DNA of 64,000 nt from a virus: IMG/VR virus record IMGVR_UViG_3300029286_002355, positions 96,001-160,000 of that record, one strand, 5' to 3'. How positions within the stretch are numbered: position 1 is the first letter of the stretch; every line of letters starts with the position of its first letter. Made by a program: the position numbers and the translations under genes. Shown piece by piece: positions 56,206 to 64,000 of the stretch. The notes beneath the pieces were generated by a model that did no database searches, was not told the origin of the DNA, and was given only the letters and a program-made list of their open reading frames with translations.

Positions 56206-56762
56206 CGCCCCTCTCTTTCTCTTTCTTTTTCGGATGGTAGAATTTTAACATCCTCTATTTTGAAAACCGCCAACCCTTCATTATCCATTCCGCTTATCTT
56301 TGCCTTTTCCCAAAGAATATTGTCTAGTCCTGTTCCAACATTTACACGACCCCAATTCCTGTAAACTGACGCAATCGCATGGCCCTTAAACGGAGATATC
56401 GCAAGAAGCTCGTCCCAATTCTTATCACAATATAGACGGCGCAACCATATTTGAATTAACAATGTCCATTCTTTAATATCACCGCTACGCAATTTATTCA
56501 TACATTGAGTCAGTTTGTTTTTGCATGTTTTCTCATGTTCTTTACCTGTCCATCCAAAATGCCCTAGTAATTTTCTAGAAGTGCAACCCGCTTTCATCGC
56601 AATCTCAATAAGTTTCTTATCGGGATTCATCTTTTTAATAAGATACATGGCAAACGTATTAAGAAAAACTTCGGCTCTCTCGCTTTCTTCCTGTTCTCTA
56701 TACATATCTGTAATACCATCGCTCATAATTGGCTCCTTATTTCTTTGCCTTAAATAAATCAT
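56202..56762 (-). CDS. Hypothetical protein
   Basis: 186-aa ORF with an ATGA overlap; the start may be the later Met. Confidence 0.6.
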   Translation of the reverse strand: MIYLRQRNKEPIMSDGITDMYREQEESERAEVFLNTFAMYLIKKMNPDKKLIEIAMKAGCTSRKLLGHFGWTGKEHEKTCKNKLTQCMNKLRSGDIKEWTLLIQIWLRRLYCDKNWDELLAISPFKGHAIASVYRNWGRVNVGTGLDNILWEKAKISGMDNEGLAVFKIEDVKILPSEKEREREGR

Positions 56763-56955
56763 TTAGAAAATCTGGCACATCATACTTGCCCGAAGCTGCT
56801 GATTTACTATAATTAGCTAGATCTTCAAAAACCTTATATTTACCCATACATTCCGTGCACAGTAATACAGACCCCTTTTTAAGCTTACCTTTGGTCATCT
56901 CCCCAAGATAACACAAGCATTTTTTACATTTTAATTCCATTGGATTATTTTTCAA
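56737..56955 (-). CDS. Small zinc-ribbon hypothetical protein
   Basis: CKKC...CTEC. Confidence 0.6.
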   Translation of the reverse strand: MKNNPMELKCKKCLCYLGEMTKGKLKKGSVLLCTECMGKYKVFEDLANYSKSAASGKYDVPDFLNDLFKAKK

Positions 56956-57256
56956 ACAAGTTGTTATCTCGACAATAATTATCTGCTTGTTTTTCTGTCA
57001 TGATTCTTCCTCTTACGGCTACCATAACAGCAGAACTGATAATAAAAAATTGGCTTCTTGCCCATAATGGTTTACCCTTATCGCTAAGTTCTTTAACTAT
57101 TTTAGAATACGAAGCACTAAGCTTACGGTTTTTAATTAAATCCCTAAGAGACTCGTCATCAAGAGATTCTACCATTAAAACAGTGTAAATACCGTCATCC
57201 GATAAAAATGGATGTTTCACTCTATCGTTATCGCTAATAAGCATGTTTGCCTCCAT
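56945..57256 (-). CDS. Hypothetical protein
   Basis: 103-aa ORF. Confidence 0.55.
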   Translation of the reverse strand: MEANMLISDNDRVKHPFLSDDGIYTVLMVESLDDESLRDLIKNRKLSASYSKIVKELSDKGKPLWARSQFFIISSAVMVAVRGRIMTEKQADNYCRDNNLFEK

Positions 57257-57261
57257 AATAA

Positions 57262-57486
57262 TTATTCTGTTAGTCTCAAAAGATGGGGACGAATACCGTA
57301 GCAGCTTTGCATATCGGGTTCTCCTTCGGGATGGACAATAGCAAAAATTTCTTTGGTTTCGTAACGGACATTAACCCATTTCAAAACTACTCTTTTGTTA
57401 TTAGTAGAATCAATATAGATTTGTCCCGGATGCAACTGAACCAGATCATCAACTTCAACTTCTGTTTTTTGTATAGTTCTTTTCAT
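57262..57486 (-). CDS. Hypothetical protein
   Basis: Start re-set to ATG 57486 (GAGG SD); the upstream ATG falls inside the RNase P RNA. Confidence 0.6.
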   Translation of the reverse strand: MKRTIQKTEVEVDDLVQLHPGQIYIDSTNNKRVVLKWVNVRYETKEIFAIVHPEGEPDMQSCYGIRPHLLRLTE

Positions 57487-57501
57487 AGTTACCTCAATAA
57501 G

Positions 57502-57736
57502 TGAAAGCGAATACCTCATAACCCGAATTCTGTTTCTCTTCTATCATTTGACTCACTTTCGTGGCAGGTTCTTATCTCCTGCTGCACCAACCCGACCATC
57601 AACGTATAGCTAACCTACTACGGTCTATTTGGCTTGCTCCTTCATCGGTTATAACAGGTTTCCCCTCCCGGCTTAAGCTAAGGAGTTCGGAGTTTCCTCT
57701 GCTTTATGGCAGCGATAGATCGAATATCCGTTTTCA
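57502..57736 (-). ncRNA. rnpB: RNase P RNA (rnpB-like), minimal form lacking most of the specificity domain
   Basis: 5' GAGGAAACTCCGAA (57699-57686) and 3' ACAGAATTCGGGTTAT (57533-57518) form the P4 helix with its bulged U. P2 TCTATC/GATAGA, P3 CTGC/GCAG, P5 followed by GGAGCAAGCCAAATAG, and an L9-like GGGGAAACC are also present. Confidence 0.85.
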
Positions 57737-58027
57737 TCCTTTATTAACTATAACCCATTTCTCAATTATTTCAAGTTCTTTTTTTGCCCCAATGTATTTT
57801 TTAATAGCTTCTATTACTTCAGTTGGAACGGCTGTTTCCCATATTTTTACCGCTTTTGTTCTTTTATAACGATCTTTATCGGTTTCAAAACAGTGTATTA
57901 AATTACCATCAAGGTTAATAGCTACTTTAAGTTTTGGAATATAATATTCTTCAATTTGTCTTGTAAATCCATGAGCACGATCCAATATGCTATCACATAT
58001 TTTTATTTTATACATTTCTGCTTTCAT
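57734..58027 (-). CDS. Hypothetical protein
   Basis: 97-aa ORF whose stop abuts the RNase P RNA 5' end. Confidence 0.6.
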   Translation of the reverse strand: MKAEMYKIKICDSILDRAHGFTRQIEEYYIPKLKVAINLDGNLIHCFETDKDRYKRTKAVKIWETAVPTEVIEAIKKYIGAKKELEIIEKWVIVNKG

Positions 58028-58230
58028 GATACTTTGAAACCCCCTATCTCTTCATTCGTAATTTTTCTATCGGTTTTAAGTATTGAACAGTTGAAAACAA
58101 TTCCTTCAACGTCAGATTTACCAAGGTCTACGCTGACATTCTGATAACCCATTCCGCTTTCGGGTAATTCCTGAAGTGTTTTAATCCACTTTTCATTTAA
58201 CTGTAATGAATATGCTCTTCTTAGATTCAT
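58024..58230 (-). CDS. Small conserved hypothetical protein
   Basis: WIKTLQELPESGMGYQ motif; GGAG SD; promoter at 58249-58256. Confidence 0.65.
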   Translation of the reverse strand: MNLRRAYSLQLNEKWIKTLQELPESGMGYQNVSVDLGKSDVEGIVFNCSILKTDRKITNEEIGGFKVS

Positions 58231-58249
58231 GATCTCCTTTTATATAGTA

Positions 58250-58582
58250 TTATACAGAAATAAAAACGATAGACTTGGGATAATTATGGCCTACATAATC
58301 TTTTGCTGTAGATGAAAAATATTGGAACTCTTCTGGCGGTGAAATTCCCATTCCCCAATAATCTTTGTAATTCTTGCGAAAGTAGAATATTTCTGGATTG
58401 GACAGGATATAGCAACTATATCGACTGCTATCTTGAAGGATCACTTCCAAGATAGAGGGAAGGATACGGATAATTTTCTCGTTATCAAAAAAACTTTGAC
58501 CACCAACTGCTTTCCCGAATTTGAGACAGAAAAACCTACATAGCATTGCCTCTGCACTCATATGAGTAATTGCCAGACTCAT
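58250..58582 (-). CDS. Hypothetical protein
   Basis: 110-aa ORF. Confidence 0.45.
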   Translation of the reverse strand: MSLAITHMSAEAMLCRFFCLKFGKAVGGQSFFDNEKIIRILPSILEVILQDSSRYSCYILSNPEIFYFRKNYKDYWGMGISPPEEFQYFSSTAKDYVGHNYPKSIVFISV

Positions 58583-58616
58583 AGGGTTTAATTCTTAAAA
58601 AGATTTAAGTTTCCTT

Positions 58617-59021
58617 TTAAGCCATATAACCTGTCAACCTAAGAAAATTTCTTATAACAGGCCACTTTTGCCATGTTTTAAATCCATCAATATAAAGACA
58701 GGTTTCTGCTGCTTTACCATGCCACCCATAAACAAGAGCAAAAGCAGGGAACATATCCATGAATTTTTTACTCACGTGTTCGCTTAAGGGCTCGTCAACT
58801 ACAACATCTACAATATCTTTCATAGGAACATATCGAACTTTTTCGTGGCATTTACATTTAAGTGTTTCCGTATGAACCAAATACGAAATTCCATCCGGCC
58901 CACATTCTTGAAACATTCTCTTTTTAATATCTTTGTCTTCCGAATAGGTCAGCAAAAGCCAAGGATCATACACGTTTTCAAAATGAGTACGGATGGTTAT
59001 TTGTACAGGATATACAATCAT
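58617..59021 (-). CDS. Hypothetical protein
   Basis: 134-aa ORF following the upstream stop. Confidence 0.55.
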   Translation of the reverse strand: MIVYPVQITIRTHFENVYDPWLLLTYSEDKDIKKRMFQECGPDGISYLVHTETLKCKCHEKVRYVPMKDIVDVVVDEPLSEHVSKKFMDMFPAFALVYGWHGKAAETCLYIDGFKTWQKWPVIRNFLRLTGYMA

Positions 59022-59023
59022 TT

Positions 59024-59248
59024 CTATATTCCCATATTCTCAAAATAGGAGTAATCTAATATTGGCCGTTTAGTAGCTTTTGCCATATGTTTAAGAACCC
59101 ACTTTATTCCCTTGATTTCTTCGGAAGTAATATCAATAGGATCTACCGTACAAGAAACAGGCTTGTCTTTCTTATAAAACACTTCGTGAACGGCATACCA
59201 AGTATTTTTCCCCTTAGTATGCCTCAATATTCTATAATTCCAAGACAT
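59024..59248 (-). CDS. Small conserved phage protein (MSWNYRI... family)
   Basis: Start re-set to ATG 59248 (TAATG overlap with the endonuclease stop); WNYRI...YAVHEVFY pattern. Confidence 0.65.
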   Translation of the reverse strand: MSWNYRILRHTKGKNTWYAVHEVFYKKDKPVSCTVDPIDITSEEIKGIKWVLKHMAKATKRPILDYSYFENMGI

Positions 59249-60372
59249 TATTTTTCTTTTTCCTCCGTTTCTTGTTTTGCCAATTTTTTCATTGCCCATC
59301 CAACCCTAGATAGCGTATATCCTGTTGATTTAATAATTTCACTCTTGATTAATCCTTGGTTAAGCATCTTTTTAATAGTTTCCATAACGATAGGCGTTTT
59401 TTCTCTCTCTGAAACATATCCTAAATCAACTTTATTCCATTTCCTAGACATAATAGGCAAATTCATTCTAATAGCTTCTCTCTTCATTGATTTTAGCAAA
59501 TAGTTATCATATATGCCAAAATCAAGATAACGTCTATTAACCAAATCAACCACCCTGTCAAAACAACGCACATAGCATCTTGGGTCAACACCATTGTTTT
59601 TAAAATTGTTAATTAGAAACGCATTAAATTTTCTATATATGCCCAACCAACTATCGTGGCACATTAGTCTCATGTAAGCAGCATTACAGTCTTTTGTATG
59701 ATATATACACCCATCTCCGTCAATTAATCCAATCAACATTGACAACATTAAATCTTTATTTTTTTCTATAAGCGATATGTTTGGTGGGTTATATGTTTTA
59801 TTGCTCTGAATTGAAAACATGCTGCATAGCTTGGGAACACCATTCTTAGAATAAATACTAACTGTTACAGAATTATTGGTATTAGGTTTCATATCAGGAG
59901 AGGAAACAAAATTAGCAAATCTACGAACAACATCTTCATCTTTTTTCGCCAAAGTAAGGACGCATTTTTTTGCTTTTAAATTAAAATGACCATCCGATAA
60001 CAATAAACCTATCCAGTAGCAAGATATAGGGTTAAGATCTAATAGCGGCGATATATCTCCCTTTCCCCTAATAAATTTTATTTTAAGCCTGCTAGCAACG
60101 GAAATAATACTTGATTTTGGTCTAAGTGGCAAAAGTTGGCTAACTAACTTCCATCCTCCACGTGGATATTTATCATACAATATTCCAATTTCTTCGCTAC
60201 TCCAACTCCTAGTGTTTCTAGAAAGCTTAAAAACTCTATAGGCTCTAGACTGTATCCCTACCCACGTTCTTTTAGGGAATTTATTGATCAATTCTTGTTT
60301 ACTTAATTTAGAATAGTTATCTTTTAATACTTGATCTTCTTCTTTTGACCACCAATTTATTTTTTCTAACAT
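59248..60372 (-). CDS. Free-standing LAGLIDADG homing endonuclease with N-terminal Myb-like repeats
   Basis: YWIGLLLSDGHF and MLIGLIDGDGCI motifs; WSKEEDQVL and WSSEEIGIL repeats; C-terminal HTH-like end. Confidence 0.88.
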   Translation of the reverse strand: MLEKINWWSKEEDQVLKDNYSKLSKQELINKFPKRTWVGIQSRAYRVFKLSRNTRSWSSEEIGILYDKYPRGGWKLVSQLLPLRPKSSIISVASRLKIKFIRGKGDISPLLDLNPISCYWIGLLLSDGHFNLKAKKCVLTLAKKDEDVVRRFANFVSSPDMKPNTNNSVTVSIYSKNGVPKLCSMFSIQSNKTYNPPNISLIEKNKDLMLSMLIGLIDGDGCIYHTKDCNAAYMRLMCHDSWLGIYRKFNAFLINNFKNNGVDPRCYVRCFDRVVDLVNRRYLDFGIYDNYLLKSMKREAIRMNLPIMSRKWNKVDLGYVSEREKTPIVMETIKKMLNQGLIKSEIIKSTGYTLSRVGWAMKKLAKQETEEKEK

Positions 60373-60424
60373 ATTAATTTATTCTATAAAAAGGCACCAA
60401 TTCCTTCAAATAAAATAGTTTTTT

Positions 60425-60994
60425 TCATAGATCATGTTTTGACCCATCGGCATCTTCTTTCTCTTCTTTCTCTTCATTATCTTTTCCATCTGGTATTTCG
60501 TCGGATTCTTCATCGTTTAGGTCTAAACTAGGCATTAATTTTGTATTTAGCTTAGTGCCTTTATCCATCAAGTCTGGCAAACCATCTTTTTTATCAAACC
60601 AATTTACACCAACCGAGTCTAGTATAGCCTTCCAGTCCTCACAATCGTGCTTAATTAACCTCTCGTAGTCTGGATGAACATGGAGCAATTCATGAAAAAT
60701 AATCCACTGCTTTTGTCTCATGGTCCACGCATTCCAGTCACTCCAGAAGACTTCAATTAAATATCTTACCGGAATATTATGGACCTGAAATATAGCTTTT
60801 TCCGCTCCTTTAATTGGCTTAATTTTAGCAAGGGTCTTGTTCTTTTCGCTTCTTTCTACGTTTTCAATTCCCATTACTATAATATTGTCAGGTTGCTTTA
60901 TACACCACATAAATTCTGGCTGATTTTCGCAAAGACCCTTAATCATTTCATCTGCTTCTTCTACTTTTTTATATACTCTAGCTTTTCTTCCCAT
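60425..60994 (-). CDS. Putative phage metallopeptidase
   Basis: YLIEVFWSDW...IIFHELLHV (HExxH)...KHDCEDW. Confidence 0.75.
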   Translation of the reverse strand: MGRKARVYKKVEEADEMIKGLCENQPEFMWCIKQPDNIIVMGIENVERSEKNKTLAKIKPIKGAEKAIFQVHNIPVRYLIEVFWSDWNAWTMRQKQWIIFHELLHVHPDYERLIKHDCEDWKAILDSVGVNWFDKKDGLPDLMDKGTKLNTKLMPSLDLNDEESDEIPDGKDNEEKEEKEDADGSKHDL

Positions 60995-61181
60995 GTTTCT
61001 CCTTATTGTTATCTTCTTCGATCAATTCCATAATCTTTGCAGTTGCTTTTTTTGACGGATTGGGTTGCTTTTTGAGAACCAAACCAATAACCATTAGTGT
61101 TTCTCTATCTGACAAGTTCCCGTTTTTCCAATCGCTAAGAACTTCTTTAATTAGTTTTAGTTTTTTGATTGTTTTTTTCAT
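60978..61181 (-). CDS. Hypothetical protein
   Basis: 67-aa ORF with overlaps on both sides. Confidence 0.5.
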   Translation of the reverse strand: MKKTIKKLKLIKEVLSDWKNGNLSDRETLMVIGLVLKKQPNPSKKATAKIMELIEEDNNKEKHGKKS

Positions 61182-61435
61182 TCTCCTACATCTCCATTTT
61201 CTATTATGGCTCCATCTTCTCTTGAATCCAAATATCTTCTCCTGAATTCATCTGCACAATGATTGGCTGCATATACAGTATCATGTAATTGAGTGTATCT
61301 ATACTCCTTATCCTTCATGTATCGTTTCATCAGTTTAAAGATACAATATTCAAGCTCTCCTTTCTTATCGATTTTTTGAATCCCATTAAGATATAGGTCA
61401 AATTTCTCTCTATCTTTTACGGCAATGTATGGCAT
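61178..61435 (-). CDS. Conserved phage protein (DUF6899-like)
   Basis: MPYI...DR...GELEY...EFRRRY...ENGDV; AGGAG SD before ATG 61435. Confidence 0.7.
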   Translation of the reverse strand: MPYIAVKDREKFDLYLNGIQKIDKKGELEYCIFKLMKRYMKDKEYRYTQLHDTVYAANHCADEFRRRYLDSREDGAIIENGDVGE

Positions 61436-61460
61436 ATGATTTCTCCTTGTTTCTGATGTA

Positions 61461-62114
61461 TTATACAGAAGGTTCAGCGTCAAGGAGATCTTTTTCTAAA
61501 TCTCTTTTGCGTTGAAGAAAATTATCTTTCCAATAATTCCACTTGAATTGATCACATCCATCAATTTCTGCCCAGTAATCATTGGCCTCCGAAAAATCAA
61601 TAATTTCTCCATGCTCAACCATCTGAATTCCAAATATCAAAATCCTTAGCGAATGAAAAATACTCTTCAATCCTCTTTCTATATCCATTTCTAAAAGCTT
61701 AATCTTCCCTTTGTGCCAAGCATCATGAGACTGCGATAAAAAAGCTTTCTTTAGCTTACCCTTGTCAATCTTGAAAACTTCTTTAAACTTTTCAGACTCT
61801 TGAACAACCGCAAAAGATGGAGCATAAATACATTCCAAATTAACCGCTCGATAATTCCATAAATCGTCTCGAAATTTGTCGGGTGTAACAATATGGAGGT
61901 TATACTTACTGTCTCTAATTTCCTTCTCCCTGTCTAAACTGCAAGCTACTACCATAAAGTCATAGTCTGAGCCGGGATGATCGGTTCCATAAACCCTTGA
62001 ACCATAAAGATATATAGCACGTATTTTATGTTCGGGTAATTGGGAAAGAGAAATGATTTCGTCTTTAAAAAACGATAGTTCATTTAGTCGGAATTGGACA
62101 GTAGATAAGCTCAT
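61461..62114 (-). CDS. Pol-beta-type nucleotidyltransferase domain protein
   Basis: IYLYGSRVYGTDHPGSDYDF (GS...DxD); start set at ATG 62114. Confidence 0.82.
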   Translation of the reverse strand: MSLSTVQFRLNELSFFKDEIISLSQLPEHKIRAIYLYGSRVYGTDHPGSDYDFMVVACSLDREKEIRDSKYNLHIVTPDKFRDDLWNYRAVNLECIYAPSFAVVQESEKFKEVFKIDKGKLKKAFLSQSHDAWHKGKIKLLEMDIERGLKSIFHSLRILIFGIQMVEHGEIIDFSEANDYWAEIDGCDQFKWNYWKDNFLQRKRDLEKDLLDAEPSV

Positions 62115-62118
62115 GGTA

Positions 62119-62463
62119 TTACTTTCGTATAAATAAAATAGATGGATTTTTAAGAGCACAATAATCAACTATTTTGGTTTCTCCGGTGTTTATATCTCTT
62201 AAATGAGCGGCTTTTCTTCCAATTGTCGTTTCAACATTTTCTAACCTAAAGATACTTCTCCCGATGACCACCAGAGTACCTTTTTTTGGGATTTGCCAAT
62301 TGATAGGGATATGAGCTGGTGAATAAAATAAAATACGGGTATCAAGAGGTTCTTTGAATTTACCTCCATCATAACCCATAATGTTGCCATACATATCCAA
62401 AGGAGATTTCTTCTTAACAGATGATTGTATCCATCCGTCTCCATATGTCGGTACTAATGCCAT
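62119..62463 (-). CDS. Hypothetical protein
   Basis: 114-aa ORF right after trxA. Confidence 0.55.
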   Translation of the reverse strand: MALVPTYGDGWIQSSVKKKSPLDMYGNIMGYDGGKFKEPLDTRILFYSPAHIPINWQIPKKGTLVVIGRSIFRLENVETTIGRKAAHLRDINTGETKIVDYCALKNPSILFIRK

Positions 62464-62464
62464 T

Positions 62465-62773
62465 TTATAGCCCCAATTGTTTCTTCATCGCCTCTTTGTT
62501 TGTAGATCCAGTAATTCTAACCTTTTCATCTTTTTTGTCAAAGAGAATAATAGTGGGAACCGCACGAATCCCCAACTTTATAGGTAATTCGCTGTCATCA
62601 CCCGCATTGAATTTTACAAACTTAAACTTATCTCCGGATTCTTTTTCCATGGCTTCTAACATGGGGGAAATTTGTTTACAGGGGCCGCACCATGTAGCAT
62701 AAAAATCTACAACCACCGGCTTATCTGAGTTTTCCACTTCTGCTTCCCAATTTTTACTGTTTATTTCTTGCAT
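62465..62773 (-). CDS. trxA: Thioredoxin
   Basis: VVDFYATWCGPCK...IRAVPT. Confidence 0.95.
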   Translation of the reverse strand: MQEINSKNWEAEVENSDKPVVVDFYATWCGPCKQISPMLEAMEKESGDKFKFVKFNAGDDSELPIKLGIRAVPTIILFDKKDEKVRITGSTNKEAMKKQLGL

Positions 62774-62779
62774 ATTCTC

Positions 62780-62992
62780 CTATTTCATGATGATTTTAAC
62801 TTCTGGGTAATTGTCGTATCGCAAATATTTCTTAGGAACCGTTAATTCATCTAGACCATCTCTATATAACCTTGCTGAATCTCTATCAAAACCAAAAAAA
62901 TGTTCAAAAGTAGGATATTCTACCACTTTCCATTTTCCCGATAAGTCGTTTCTGCTTGGTAATTCTAAAATGACCCAATCTCCGGATCTCAT
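62780..62992 (-). CDS. Hypothetical protein
   Basis: 70-aa ORF. Confidence 0.5.
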   Translation of the reverse strand: MRSGDWVILELPSRNDLSGKWKVVEYPTFEHFFGFDRDSARLYRDGLDELTVPKKYLRYDNYPEVKIIMK

Positions 62993-63079
62993 GTATTCTA
63001 TCTCTCATGTTATTTCCTTCAATGATATTTTTCTACGCTTTACCTACGTATTTCTTTGTGCATTTCTTATATTATACAG

Positions 63080-63352
63080 CTATTTTCTTATTGTCCTCAT
63101 AAATTTATATTGTTTGGCCTTTTCTAGTAGAGTAATAAACAATAAAGGAACCCCATATTGTTGCTCGCTCCATGGCATCCAAAACACAGGCAAATTATTT
63201 TTCCCTCTAAAAAGAGTAGCACATATACTTTTATTCCCGCTGGATTCTATCATTGCGGTTACTCTTTTAATACCATCATATATGTAAAAACGCCTTTTAT
63301 CATTTATGCCACAACGGATAATATAGGAAAAAATAATATCAAAATCACTCAT
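63080..63352 (-). CDS. Hypothetical protein, paralog of 63349-63621
   Basis: MSDFDIIFSYIIRCG... similar to its neighbour. Confidence 0.65.
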   Translation of the reverse strand: MSDFDIIFSYIIRCGINDKRRFYIYDGIKRVTAMIESSGNKSICATLFRGKNNLPVFWMPWSEQQYGVPLLFITLLEKAKQYKFMRTIRK

Positions 63353-63621
63353 TGTATTATTACTCGCAGAAATTTAGCTCTTTTGGCTTTCTTTACTAGA
63401 CGGCTAAATGGCATAACCAATTTCTTATCTTCTTCTCTCCATACCATTGTTTTGCCATTTAGATAAACATGTATTCGTCTAATTCCTTTCCCATTACTAG
63501 TAGCCGATACCTCTCGAATCCAATCAAAAATACGAAAGTTAGTTGTTCTAGATCCAGAATTGCACATGGTATCTTTGCCACAACGAACTATAAAAGAATA
63601 AAGAATATCAAAATCACTCAT
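63349..63621 (-). CDS. Hypothetical protein, paralog of 63080-63352
   Basis: MSDFDILYSFIVRCG... similar to its neighbour. Confidence 0.65.
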   Translation of the reverse strand: MSDFDILYSFIVRCGKDTMCNSGSRTTNFRIFDWIREVSATSNGKGIRRIHVYLNGKTMVWREEDKKLVMPFSRLVKKAKRAKFLRVIIQ

Positions 63622-63946
63622 GCCTGATTACCTTAATGGTTTTTACTTCCTTTTTTTCTTTAACTTTAGGACTTTTACCAAAAACACTTAGGGCTTTTAT
63701 ATACATAAAATTAGGATGATTACCGTCCCAATATTCTTTTGCGTTTTTTGTATTGCTTCGGATATAGGCTTTCCCGCCCATCTTTTTTGTATCCCCATAA
63801 GCCCAAATAACTCCAAAATCTACATTCTTAGGAATATGTTTGTGGCAATAAACATCAATTTCATCTGAGCCTGTTTCGAAATCAACTAAATGCATATCTA
63901 TTTCGGCCTTACACTTTTTACATTTATGCATATAGATGTCGCACAT
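63614..63946 (-). CDS. Hypothetical zinc-binding protein
   Basis: CDIYMHKCKKC...DMH...YCHKH. Confidence 0.6.
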   Translation of the reverse strand: MCDIYMHKCKKCKAEIDMHLVDFETGSDEIDVYCHKHIPKNVDFGVIWAYGDTKKMGGKAYIRSNTKNAKEYWDGNHPNFMYIKALSVFGKSPKVKEKKEVKTIKVIRHE

Positions 63947-64000
63947 ATTATTTCCTTATTAATTTGATTGACGGATATTCTGGTATTGGATTCCTAAGGA

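Noticed and set aside
57561-57869. Plus-strand 102-aa ORF
   Set aside because: It is an antisense shadow of the RNase P RNA and ORF 57734-58027, with no SD and no protein-like motif.
73-63466. The many other short plus-strand and nested ORFs in the track (e.g. 1237-1737, 7158-7544, 14225-14578, 25540-25998, 32496-32870)
   Set aside because: They lie antisense to or inside well-supported genes and lack ribosome-binding sites; most are F/L/S/I-rich as expected of reverse frames in AT-rich DNA.
1-64000. Alternative genetic code (stop-codon reassignment)
   Set aside because: Long conserved genes are intact under code 11, and TAA, TAG and TGA all end genes at sensible positions, including ATGA overlaps.
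1-64000. Cellular chromosome (e.g. reduced bacterium)
   Set aside because: No ribosomal-protein, rRNA, cell-envelope or central-metabolism operons in 64 kb; there are many short orphans and phage-type families. Not formally excluded, since terminase and capsid genes are not visible in this window.

Overview
This AT-rich, gene-dense 64-kb window is almost entirely minus-strand and most likely comes from a very large (jumbo/huge) bacteriophage. It has many short hypothetical ORFs, a tail-tube-like gene, homing-endonuclease-like genes and no ribosomal-protein genes. It encodes a bacterial-type replisome and recombination set (dnaE, dnaN, dnaX, holA-like, dnaG, gp32-like SSB, recA, sbcCD, topA), two sigma-factor-like proteins, a tandem SpoVS protein, nucleotide-metabolism genes and an RNA-processing set (Thg1, KptA/Tpt1, PNKP, nucleotidyltransferase). 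All product calls rest on motif recognition by eye; no database search was run. Main results: (1) a ~7.5-kb IS607-family element (about 16030-23528) whose tnpA and tnpB are separated by a five-gene, translationally coupled nuclease/helicase/methyltransferase cargo. Its ends can be mapped exactly because it splits a peptide deformylase gene. (2) A ~235-nt RNase P RNA (about 57502-57736) with a covarying P4 pseudoknot and most of the specificity domain missing. (3) A tmRNA (48477-48847) preceded by an unexplained 187-nt tRNA-framed structured RNA with its own promoter. (4) A 1.41-kb tnpB-only IS200/IS605 element that splits a SET-domain gene just before its conserved C-terminal tyrosine.
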